Shown here piece by piece: positions 56,561-64,000 of a stretch of 64,000 nt of DNA. The stretch is taken from positions 32,001 to 96,000 of the IMG/VR virus record IMGVR_UViG_3300045978_000284. One strand, given 5' to 3'. Position 1 is the first letter of the stretch. The number at the start of each line of letters is the position of its first letter. The translations under genes and the position numbers were made by a program. This DNA is from a virus. A model generated the notes under the pieces. It did not search any database. It was not told the origin of the DNA and saw only the letters and a list, made by a program, of their open reading frames with translations.

Positions 56561-57036
56561 GTGCCATCATCGACCTGGCGCGCTGCGCCCGGGCCAGGAC
56601 AATCCTCGTGGTGAAGGGATCCCCGCACGGTGAGGTCCGCGCCAAGGCCATCGAGGACGCGATCACCGCGTTCCAGCTGGAGGGCGCGCAGGCGCTTCGC
56701 GAGGGGTTCATCGGCGTCAAGAACTACGCTCACTTCGGCGACCAGCGCTCCGACCATCGGTATGGGTATGGTCCGGCACACGGCGTCCTCGTCTTTACGA
56801 TCACGCGGCACGACACGGGCGAAGAGTGTGCGACCTCCGACGCCGTGTACTTCCTCGAAGCGGTCCGCGACTTCGGAACGGTCATGCGTCCCCGGCCCGA
56901 CCGCCCCAGTCTCGTGGAGCCCTGGAATCTCTGCGATGTGCTGGATCGCCTCCAGAAGATCGACCATGAGCGCGCGGAGCTGTGCCAGGTCCTCGCCGCG
57001 GTCGAGATCGAATCCAGTGAAGTGCCCTCAGCGTGA
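56557..57036 (+). CDS. Hypothetical protein
   Basis: RBS; G.KNY..FGDQR.DH.YG.GP.HG motif. Confidence 0.7.
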   Translation: MSAIIDLARCARARTILVVKGSPHGEVRAKAIEDAITAFQLEGAQALREGFIGVKNYAHFGDQRSDHRYGYGPAHGVLVFTITRHDTGEECATSDAVYFLEAVRDFGTVMRPRPDRPSLVEPWNLCDVLDRLQKIDHERAELCQVLAAVEIESSEVPSA

Positions 57037-57191
57037 GCCCGCGGCGGGCGTGGCCCATCGCTCTCCTGGCCGGGTTCACGATCGGTGTCCTCGCATCGCT
57101 CATCGGCCCGGTCCCGTGACCTGTCCTGGCCCTCCTCGCGGTGGCGTGGGGGGCGGTCGGCATCCTGGGCCTGCTCGGACACTGGTCGTGA
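57033..57191 (+). pseudogene. Two-TM micro-protein interrupted by in-frame TGA
   Basis: MSPRRAWPIALLAGFTIGVLASLIGPVP*PVLALLAVAWGAVGILGLLGHWS. Confidence 0.45.
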
Positions 57192-57247
57192 GCCGTCCCC
57201 TCCCGACAGCCGTCCTTCGCTAACCGACCGGCCCGCGGCCGCTGCGC

Positions 57248-57285
57248 TTGAACCGTGGCGGCCGTAATGATACGTTATCACCATG
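57248..57285 (+). promoter_or_regulatory. Early promoter/operator P7
   Basis: TTGAAC-17-TACGTT with TG extension; TGATA-CGT-TATCA palindrome; ATG at about +1. Confidence 0.75.
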
Positions 57286-57519
57286 CGACGATACCGCTAT
57301 GCCATCGTGAACCAGCACGGCGACACCGTTGCCCGCACCGACGCCAGGATGTGGGCCGAGACGCTCTTCGAGCGCGAAAAGCGCAACTGGCGCAGCGTCG
57401 AGCTGCGGGACGTGCTCTACGATCGCGTCGTGCTCGCCTGGGAACAGCCCCGCAGTCCGCTCGAAGGTGACCCGTTCTTTGATCCGCAGGAGGAACCCCA
57501 AGGAGACCCTCCCCCATGA
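57283..57519 (+). CDS. Hypothetical protein (probably leaderless)
   Basis: ATG 6 nt after -10, no RBS. Confidence 0.6.
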   Translation: MRRYRYAIVNQHGDTVARTDARMWAETLFEREKRNWRSVELRDVLYDRVVLAWEQPRSPLEGDPFFDPQEEPQGDPPP

Positions 57520-57821
57520 GACACACCCCGGGGCCGTACTGGTCGACCGCGACCGCGACCGACACCGGCTGGACGATCTGGAAGGATGGCGAACGGCTGG
57601 CGGCCGTAGACGCCAGGCCGACCGAGACGGAGGGCGAGGCCAATCGCCTCCTCTTCGAGAAAGCGCCCGCGATGCGGGCCATGCTCGACAGGGTCCACGC
57701 CATGACGCTGCACGCCCTGGAAGGGGACGTGCCGGTGGCCGATGAGTGGACCGAGCTGCAAGCTGACCTCGCCGAGCTGCTGTCCGCACTCGATGGACTC
57801 GCAGCTGGGGAGAAACGATGA
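57516..57821 (+). CDS. Small phage protein
   Basis: HTPGP.W...EAN..L...AP.M motif. Confidence 0.7.
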   Translation: MRHTPGPYWSTATATDTGWTIWKDGERLAAVDARPTETEGEANRLLFEKAPAMRAMLDRVHAMTLHALEGDVPVADEWTELQADLAELLSALDGLAAGEKR

Positions 57822-58480
57822 CGATAGACGAGTCGGACGCCAGCCGTATCGCCGAGGCAATCCGTGACGAGCTGGGGTGGACTGCCATCGAGGAACCAGC
57901 GAAGTGGTGTCGGACCATCACCCGGGAGGACGGCGCCGGGATCTACCTGCACTTCCAGTGGAACGGGGAGCGGGTGGAGGTGACGGGCCGCTGGCCCCGC
58001 GGCCCCGCCGGATCCTACGCCCCGCGCGGCACTCCGAAGATCTCGTTCTCGATCACCCGCTCCACCCACTCGATGGCGGCCGACATCAAGCGCCGGTTTC
58101 TGCCGGAGTACATCCGGTTGTACCTCGACGCGCTGGACTCCGCCCAGCGAGACCAGGCTGACCACGACCGGGCCGTGAAGCGCATCGAGGAGCTGGGGAT
58201 GAGGCGCGCCAAGCATGAGAACGGGTCGAAGCTCACCGGGTACTTCTCAGCCGGACGGGCTGAGACTTACCGCGGCGAGACCTGGCACGTCACCCTGGAC
58301 AGCGTCCCGGACGCCACCATGGACGAGCTGATGGCCGTAATCAGCCGTAAGAAACCGGCATCCCTGGATGGCCTCGAGGTGGCTGCGCGCATCGCCGAGA
58401 CCTGGTGCGACGAGGGCCACACCCAGCTGCAGCGGGACACCGCGAAGACCATCGCGGCCGCGATCCGGGCAGCCCGATGA
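57818..58480 (+). CDS. Hypothetical protein
   Basis: A.DI.RRFLP.Y; C-terminal LE.AA.IAE...IAAAIRA. Confidence 0.65.
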   Translation: MTIDESDASRIAEAIRDELGWTAIEEPAKWCRTITREDGAGIYLHFQWNGERVEVTGRWPRGPAGSYAPRGTPKISFSITRSTHSMAADIKRRFLPEYIRLYLDALDSAQRDQADHDRAVKRIEELGMRRAKHENGSKLTGYFSAGRAETYRGETWHVTLDSVPDATMDELMAVISRKKPASLDGLEVAARIAETWCDEGHTQLQRDTAKTIAAAIRAAR

Positions 58481-58917
58481 CACCTGGCGAGGCCTTCAGC
58501 AATCTCCTCTCGGCGGTGGACGTCCTGCGCAGCCACGCGCGCAGCAAGAACCCCAATCTCCGACGTGGTGCGCTCGACAACCTGTATGCCCATGCCGATG
58601 CCGCCAGGCTGGCGCTGGGCGAGGCCCGCGGGACCAAGGTGGAGTTCTTCCTGTGCCCGGATGACATCACCTGGGAAGACTCCGACCCCGACGATGGCCG
58701 TGGGCTCGTGCGCGTCGAGATCTTCGGCGTCGCTCACCACCTGTGCCTGGTCCCGGTGACGACGGACGCGGAGGGTGTCCAGCGTGGCCGGACGACATAC
58801 GCGGACTCCGACCTGGACGCGCTCCAGGCGCTCTATGAGGTCTCGGCCTATACAACCGTCGAAGTGCCCGGGCGTGAGGGCGAGTACGTGGTCTACCTGC
58901 ATCCGGCGGAGGACTGA
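58477..58917 (+). CDS. Hypothetical protein
   Basis: ATGA overlap. Confidence 0.6.
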   Translation: MTPGEAFSNLLSAVDVLRSHARSKNPNLRRGALDNLYAHADAARLALGEARGTKVEFFLCPDDITWEDSDPDDGRGLVRVEIFGVAHHLCLVPVTTDAEGVQRGRTTYADSDLDALQALYEVSAYTTVEVPGREGEYVVYLHPAED

Positions 58918-58918
58918 T

Positions 58919-59470
58919 ATGGCCATCTCGCCGAGAGCCCTCAACAAGTGGTACGACGCGCAGCCGGACACCCAGACGTGCTCCGACTGCGGGATGGTCG
59001 GGCACAAGATGCACATTTCTCCGCAGCATCCGTCGTGGACCGGCGGGAAGGAGGGGATGGCCTACTGCACGGACTGTCACAATCGCCGCTACTACGAGCG
59101 CCGCGCCGCCCGCAAGGCCCAGCTCGCGGCGCGCCCCAAGGACTGCGTCCGGTGCGGGAAGCGCCCGCATACCTGGACGCTCGCCGGCTGGAAGCTCTGC
59201 GGTCCGTGCAAGACCGCGACGCTGCGCGAGCACCATGTCGCCGCGTCGGGCGCCGGCTTCCTGGGCCTGCTCGCAACGTCCCCGATGGTAGACACGTCTG
59301 GCTGGGCCGGCCGCCAGGCACCGCTCACGGCGTCCGACGAGCCGGTGGCGGTCGTGACCGTGACGCGCCGGCTCCGCAAAGACGAGGCCCAGACGCTGAT
59401 GTACGAGGTTCGCGCAACAGACGGATGGATCGGCCATGCGTGGCCTGATGAGCTGAAGCCGGTCCGATGA
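58919..59470 (+). CDS. Multi Zn-finger protein
   Basis: Four CxxC pairs; GGAGG RBS. Confidence 0.65.
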   Translation: MAISPRALNKWYDAQPDTQTCSDCGMVGHKMHISPQHPSWTGGKEGMAYCTDCHNRRYYERRAARKAQLAARPKDCVRCGKRPHTWTLAGWKLCGPCKTATLREHHVAASGAGFLGLLATSPMVDTSGWAGRQAPLTASDEPVAVVTVTRRLRKDEAQTLMYEVRATDGWIGHAWPDELKPVR

Positions 59471-59643
59471 TCGACGAGGCTCCCGCTCGAGAGACTCCCC
59501 GCGCGCGCACCTGCGCCGACTGCGGGGAGCGGGCCGTGGTGCCCCCCGGGGAGGAGCTGGGCGGCATCTGCCTGATGTGCGGCGCCGACAACACCTGCTC
59601 GTCCTGCGGTGAGCTGCGGCTCGGCCACCGCTGCGAGTTCTAA
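59467..59643 (+). CDS. Small Zn-finger protein
   Basis: 58 aa, three CxxC; ATGA overlap. Confidence 0.55.
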   Translation: MIDEAPARETPRARTCADCGERAVVPPGEELGGICLMCGADNTCSSCGELRLGHRCEF

Positions 59644-59664
59644 CCAAAGAGAGGAGACCAACCA

Positions 59665-60168
59665 ATGGCGACAGCACGCTACATCCCGATCACCGAGGTT
59701 GCGGTGATGGTCCGCACCGCGTTGAAGAAGGCCTTCCCGACCACCAAGTTCAGCGTGCGCTCCAAGTCCTATTCCGGCGGCTGCCACATCGACGTCCGCT
59801 GGGACGACGGTCCGCCGCCGCGCCGCGTCCACAAGGTCACCGACTACTTCAGCGGGACCGGGTTCGACGGCATGACGGACAGCACCACGCACCATGATCG
59901 CGTGCTGAACGGCGAGCCCGTCCACTTCGCCGGCAGCAGCCCGAGCTGCCAGCGCCACATCACGGACTGGAAGGCACGCGAGGCCGCGTCCTTGGCCATG
60001 CTCAAGGAGCGGCTCCACCTGGACGAGCACGGGCGCTTCGGCGAGTACCACGTCGACATGCTGGCTGGCTCCATGGCCAACTCCGGCGACTACCGCCGAG
60101 CGGACTGGCTGGAGGACGCCTATCGCTTCGTGATCCTGCACGAGGAGGACCAGGAGGAGAGCAAGTGA
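59665..60168 (+). CDS. LPD29 domain protein
   Basis: VR.ALKKAFP.TKFSVRS..YSGG..IDV.W.DGP...F.G..FDGM.D. Confidence 0.8.
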   Translation: MATARYIPITEVAVMVRTALKKAFPTTKFSVRSKSYSGGCHIDVRWDDGPPPRRVHKVTDYFSGTGFDGMTDSTTHHDRVLNGEPVHFAGSSPSCQRHITDWKAREAASLAMLKERLHLDEHGRFGEYHVDMLAGSMANSGDYRRADWLEDAYRFVILHEEDQEESK

Positions 60169-60902
60169 CGCGCCGCGAGCGGCTCGAAGCGAAGGTCGAG
60201 AAGCGGCGCGGCTGGGCGGGCACCCGCCGCGCCAAGGCGGAAACGCTCGCCAAGCGGGCGGAGCCGTACCGCGGGGACGTGGCCTTCAACACCCAGCCCG
60301 GACACATCCCGGAGCGGGCGCGGGTCATCCGGGCCCTGGACAAGTCGTTCGAGCACCAGAACATGGCGAACCACCACGAGGCCAAAGCGGCCGGGCTGGA
60401 GCACCAGCTTGAGCGCTCGGTCTTCTCGGACGACCCGGACGCGCTCGAGGCCCTGGCCGCGCGCATCGCGGAGCTGGAGGCCAAGCGCGAGGAGATGAAG
60501 GCGTCCAACGCGGCGTTCCGCAAGGGCGATGCGGTCTGGGCGGCGCACCTCGGGATCACCGTGGAGCAGGCTGCGGCCAGGCGGGCGACGGTCATGGAGG
60601 GGTACTCGTGGTGCCGCCAGCCCTACCCGGCCTATCAGCTGTCCAATCTGGGGAACAACATCAAGCGGCTCCGGGATCGGGTGACCGTCATCACGGCGCG
60701 CCAGCAACGGACGGCGCGCGCGGAGGCCTCGGGGGGCATCACGATCGAAGGCGAGGAGTGGGTGCGCATCACCTTCGCGGAGAAGCCGTCCCGGTCTGTG
60801 CTGGCGGAGCTGAGACAGGACTTCCGCTGGTCGGGAGGGTCATGGATCGGCCAGCGCGCCAAGATCCCGGCCTGCGTGCTCGAGCTCCTGCCGCCAGCCT
60901 GA
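60165..60902 (+). CDS. DUF3560-type protein
   Basis: QPGH..ER...S.DPDAL..L..RIA.LE...MK..N...Y.LSN...NIKR...F..KP...FRWS. Confidence 0.8.
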   Translation: MTRRERLEAKVEKRRGWAGTRRAKAETLAKRAEPYRGDVAFNTQPGHIPERARVIRALDKSFEHQNMANHHEAKAAGLEHQLERSVFSDDPDALEALAARIAELEAKREEMKASNAAFRKGDAVWAAHLGITVEQAAARRATVMEGYSWCRQPYPAYQLSNLGNNIKRLRDRVTVITARQQRTARAEASGGITIEGEEWVRITFAEKPSRSVLAELRQDFRWSGGSWIGQRAKIPACVLELLPPA

Positions 60903-60917
60903 AGTAGCCGGCCACCG

Positions 60918-60966
60918 TTGAAACGCGGTGGTCCGAATGCGATGATACGTTATCACTCACACCATG
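60918..60966 (+). promoter_or_regulatory. Early promoter/operator P8
   Basis: TTGAAA...TGATACGTTATCAC, same core as P7. Confidence 0.65.
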
Positions 60967-61512
60967 GAGGCGCCGATGCCACGAACCACGTCACCCGAGT
61001 TCCCCGTCTGTCTGCTGCTCTTCACGGAGCTGGACGGGCAGTACTACCGGATCACCCTCCGCGTCCAGAAGCTGGAGGCCGGCCGCCGGATCCGCAACGG
61101 GATCGACACCTGGATTGACGATCTCGTCATCGTCGGCCAGGGCGACGAGCACCAGCGCCGCATCTACAGCTGGTGCGTCGAGTACCGCGACGTCTCGTTC
61201 GTCGGCGCCCGCCGCGCCGAGCGGATGCACCAGACGTTCAAGCGGATCGAGCGCGGACTGGCGCGCATGAGCGAACGCCGCGGCGAGGTGGCCACCTTCC
61301 CCGAGTACGTCGGCCGCATCTGCGAGGTCCTGGGGATCGAGACCATCGTGCGGAAGATTGGCGGCAACTCCTCGTCCTTCGACGAGAACGAGTACCTGCT
61401 CATGTCGGCCAGTGGCGGCGTGCACCATCTGCGCGCGCTGGAACGGGAGTGGGTCGACCGCCTGCAGCAGCTGGACGACGTGCGGGCCGCTTCGCAGGCC
61501 GCTGGAGGTTGA
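60964..61512 (+). CDS. Hypothetical protein (alternative start 60976)
   Basis: GGAGG before second ATG. Confidence 0.65.
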   Translation: MEAPMPRTTSPEFPVCLLLFTELDGQYYRITLRVQKLEAGRRIRNGIDTWIDDLVIVGQGDEHQRRIYSWCVEYRDVSFVGARRAERMHQTFKRIERGLARMSERRGEVATFPEYVGRICEVLGIETIVRKIGGNSSSFDENEYLLMSASGGVHHLRALEREWVDRLQQLDDVRAASQAAGG

Positions 61513-61513
61513 G

Positions 61514-61912
61514 ATGGCAGTCCCGCCCATGACGGAGTGGGTCAAGCGGAAGGTTATCCACGTGGTCCCGGCCCGCAAAGGCGGGCCGGTCCTGGTGCTC
61601 GAGTGCGGGCACACGCGCCGCCACCGTGCCGACCATCGGCATTTCCGGTGTTGGCGCTGCACGCGGCGTCATCCCGCCGTGCCGATCGACGAGGCGATCC
61701 GGCACGCTCATGAGCTGGCCAAGACGGAGGAGATCCGCGCGGAATGGGACAACGGCCTCCTTCGATGCGGCCGCTGCCACCGGAGACTTCGATTCGCCGC
61801 CGTCGGCAAGGAGCCGATGAAGCGCAAGCGGCACACGCGGACCGGCAACAAGCGACGCCTCATGGCGTACTGCCAGTGTGGAGCTGTCGTCCCGATCCAC
61901 CGAGGGACCTGA
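61514..61912 (+). CDS. Basic Zn-binding protein
   Basis: LECGH...CWRC...CGRC...CQC. Confidence 0.6.
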   Translation: MAVPPMTEWVKRKVIHVVPARKGGPVLVLECGHTRRHRADHRHFRCWRCTRRHPAVPIDEAIRHAHELAKTEEIRAEWDNGLLRCGRCHRRLRFAAVGKEPMKRKRHTRTGNKRRLMAYCQCGAVVPIHRGT

Positions 61913-61914
61913 CC

Positions 61915-62235
61915 ATGCGGTGGCTGGCCGAGATCTACGCGCACCTTCGGGCCCGCCTTCTCGGTCCCGACCCATGGGCGCCGCGCGCGTGGCGTCGAGT
62001 CGACGATAGCGCTGGCTGCACCTGGGAGCCCTGGTCCGATGGGTGGGCGGTGGGGTTCAAGGCCACCTACCGGGGCGAGGTGCGCTACGTGGTCCTGAAT
62101 CCCTCGTCGCACCCGGAGACCCCGAACGTCTTTCTCTACGAAGGCAGCGGCGACAACCCGATGGAACAGCCAGTGATTTACCTGGAGCCGTTCGCTCCGA
62201 GAAAGGAAGAGGCCAATGATCCTCAAGAGCATTGA
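61915..62235 (+). CDS. Hypothetical protein
   Basis: W.DGWAVGF...Y..LNPS...NVF.Y. Confidence 0.6.
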   Translation: MRWLAEIYAHLRARLLGPDPWAPRAWRRVDDSAGCTWEPWSDGWAVGFKATYRGEVRYVVLNPSSHPETPNVFLYEGSGDNPMEQPVIYLEPFAPRKEEANDPQEH

Positions 62236-63400
62236 GCTGGGCTACACGGCCGGGACCTCGGACAAGGTCTACCACCTGCGCCTCGAACAGGAGGGCGTCG
62301 AGTACGCCGTCAACGCGCTGTGGGGCCGCCGCGGATCGCTGCTGCGCGTCACGCCCAAGTACTCGGGTCGGGACGGCGACGTCGCCCGGGCCATGTGGGA
62401 CCGGGTCCGCAACGAGAAGCTGTCCGAAGGCTATGTCGTCGAGCGTGATGACGCCGCGCCGGGCCCGTCCGCAGCGGTGGCCGTAGAAGGCCACCATCGG
62501 GTGGCAGCCCGGGCCATGCCTGCCGCCCACGCCAAGGCCGAGCTCGAGGAGAACGACACGCGGATGCTGATCGAGGGACGTGTTCTCCCCTGGCTCCCGT
62601 CGGACGTCGAGCCGTCCCAGCTGGAGCAGCTGATCGTCGATCCGGCCTGGATGCTCCAGGAGAAGGTCGATGGGATTCACCTGATCCTGGACGTCCGCAA
62701 CCACGTGGTGACGGCCACCAACAAGAAGGGGATGCCCTACGCCATCCCGGAGGTCCTCGGCCGCCACGTCATCACCACCATGCCGGACGGGCTGTGGGAC
62801 GGCGAGTGGCTCGCCAGGCCCCAGCAGTTCGTCGTGTTCGACCTACTGCGCGGGCCCGCCGGTGATCTGCGGGGTGAACCCTGCGAGGAGCGCTGGCGCT
62901 CCCTGACCAACCTGCTCATCAAGGCGCCGGCGTGCCTGGGTCCGCGCGTCTCCATCGTGTCCAGCCCCGGGCGCCTGGAGAAACACAAGCGCGGCTTCCT
63001 GGCCGAGCTGCACCGCCAGGCCGCGGAGGGCGCCATCTTCAAGCGCGCGCTGGCGCCCTACCGTCCTGGCGCCGCGGGCGACATGCTCCGTCTCAAGTTC
63101 CGGAAGCGAGCCGACGTCATCCTCCAGCTGCGGACGGGCGACACCAAGGCGAGCGCCGAGATGTTCGTCATGCACGAGGGCAAGCCGTTCCACGTCGGGA
63201 CGGTCGCGGCCCGCACGTTCTTCCGGCGCTTGCAGGTCGGATCGGTCCACGTGGCCGAGGTGGAGTACCTGAGCGCCAGCGATAGCTACGCCTTGGCCCA
63301 GGTCGTGATCCTGCGGCTGCGCACCGACAAGGCGCCCGAACAGTGCACGCGCGACCAGATCGTGATCGGCAAGCGCTACCGGACCGCGGGTGGCCAATGA
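62216..63400 (+). CDS. WGR domain fused to ATP-dependent DNA ligase
   Basis: SDKVY...WGRRG...EK...GY; QEKVDG, DGE, FDLL, EGAIFK...Y.PG...KF, OB-fold V.EVEY...RLR.DK. Confidence 0.88.
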   Translation: MILKSIELGYTAGTSDKVYHLRLEQEGVEYAVNALWGRRGSLLRVTPKYSGRDGDVARAMWDRVRNEKLSEGYVVERDDAAPGPSAAVAVEGHHRVAARAMPAAHAKAELEENDTRMLIEGRVLPWLPSDVEPSQLEQLIVDPAWMLQEKVDGIHLILDVRNHVVTATNKKGMPYAIPEVLGRHVITTMPDGLWDGEWLARPQQFVVFDLLRGPAGDLRGEPCEERWRSLTNLLIKAPACLGPRVSIVSSPGRLEKHKRGFLAELHRQAAEGAIFKRALAPYRPGAAGDMLRLKFRKRADVILQLRTGDTKASAEMFVMHEGKPFHVGTVAARTFFRRLQVGSVHVAEVEYLSASDSYALAQVVILRLRTDKAPEQCTRDQIVIGKRYRTAGGQ

Positions 63401-63840
63401 GCAGCGTCGCCGCGTGGACGCGCCTCTACACGGTGGGCCTCTATTCCATGTATGGCCCGATCAAGCCGCAGTACGCGGCGCGCCTTGCGCGGCTCCTGGA
63501 GCGGCCATCGGACGAGACCTGGGACGCCTGCCACGGCATCATCGTCTCCCGCCAGTCAGCCCTCCGCGTCGAAGGCTGTCGACCGACGCCGAGCACCATC
63601 TGGCAATGGGTGCTGTTCGTCGATCCGACCTTCACGCGGTTCGGACCGACGACGGTGGGGAACAAGCCCCGCCCCCCATGGCCACAGGTGCCGGACGAAG
63701 CCATGCTCCGCGAGGCGCTGCGGTGCGCGCAGGAATACAACCGGGCGGCGAATGCGGGCGCGTCCGGCGTTCTCAGGCTGGACTCGTTCTCGATCACGAG
63801 TGGACAGCCACGTCGTCCCCGCTCGACAGGGGCTCAATGA
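63397..63840 (+). CDS. Hypothetical protein
   Basis: ATGA overlap; W...H.II...T.WQ.V..VDP.F. Confidence 0.6.
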   Translation: MSSVAAWTRLYTVGLYSMYGPIKPQYAARLARLLERPSDETWDACHGIIVSRQSALRVEGCRPTPSTIWQWVLFVDPTFTRFGPTTVGNKPRPPWPQVPDEAMLREALRCAQEYNRAANAGASGVLRLDSFSITSGQPRRPRSTGAQ

Positions 63841-64000
63841 GCCGTCGCAGGCGGGTGCCAGGCACGCCCTACGAGCTTCTGCGAAAGGGGGTCTGCGAGT
63901 GCTGCAACGTCACGTCGGTGACGGCTCAGATCTGGGAGCGCAAGGGGGTGCAGCGCTGCCAGGCCTGTCGGCACCACGTCTCCCGATGCCGCCCGGGGCC
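63837..64000 (+). CDS. Zn-finger protein, truncated by window end
   Basis: ATGA overlap; CECC...CQAC. Confidence 0.45.
   Translation, partial: MSRRRRVPGTPYELLRKGVCECCNVTSVTAQIWERKGVQRCQACRHHVSRCRPG

Larger units (their letters stand above)
1..64000 (+). mobile_element. Tailed dsDNA phage or prophage genome segment (siphovirus-like, high GC)
   Basis: Ordered protease-scaffold-capsid-neck-tail tube-chaperone-tape measure-tail tip genes, tRNAs and a run of small co-oriented genes with ATGA/TGATG overlaps; no host housekeeping genes. Confidence 0.95.

Noticed and set aside
1-64000. Genome-wide stop codon reassignment
   Set aside because: TGA and TAG end many genes, with ATGA/TGATG overlaps or RBS-bearing starts right after; no suppressor tRNA in window
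1-64000. Prophage boundaries, integrase or host assignment
   Set aside because: No att site, integrase or host gene identifiable; lifestyle and host cannot be called from this window

Overview
64 kb, high-GC segment of a tailed dsDNA phage or prophage with every credible gene on the + strand. 1-7.4 kb: virion accessory genes. 7.4-18 kb: head module (multi-enzyme protein, ChaB, Mu I-type prohead protease, internal-protein gene, scaffold, decoration protein, major capsid). 18-37 kb: neck, non-contractile tail tube, chaperones, 1909-aa tape measure, duplicated tail-tip genes. 38-39.7 kb: two ferritin-like genes flanking two atypical tRNAs. 39.7-41.7 kb: repeat-rich control region. 41-64 kb: early region of about 50 small genes under a repeated promoter/operator, including Ku, a WGR-DNA ligase, RadC/JAB, LPD29 and DUF3560. 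Terminase, portal, integrase, replication and clear lysis genes were not seen. Best candidate for a new system: three head-module genes are built as polyproteins. Short recurring tags (DDDCxWxxIxGxx[VI]C or LAxNPYRxxxGxFT) precede cargo domains (PD-(D/E)xK nuclease, PI3K/HipA-like kinase, basic Gly/Ala-rich peptides), a HAD phosphatase sits between sites without a tag, and the parts are separated by L[AS][DE] motifs and a shared acidic spacer. The same motif is dense in the scaffold and absent from the capsid protein, which suggests capsid-loaded effectors released by the prohead protease. All family assignments are by eye from motifs and synteny; no database search was run.
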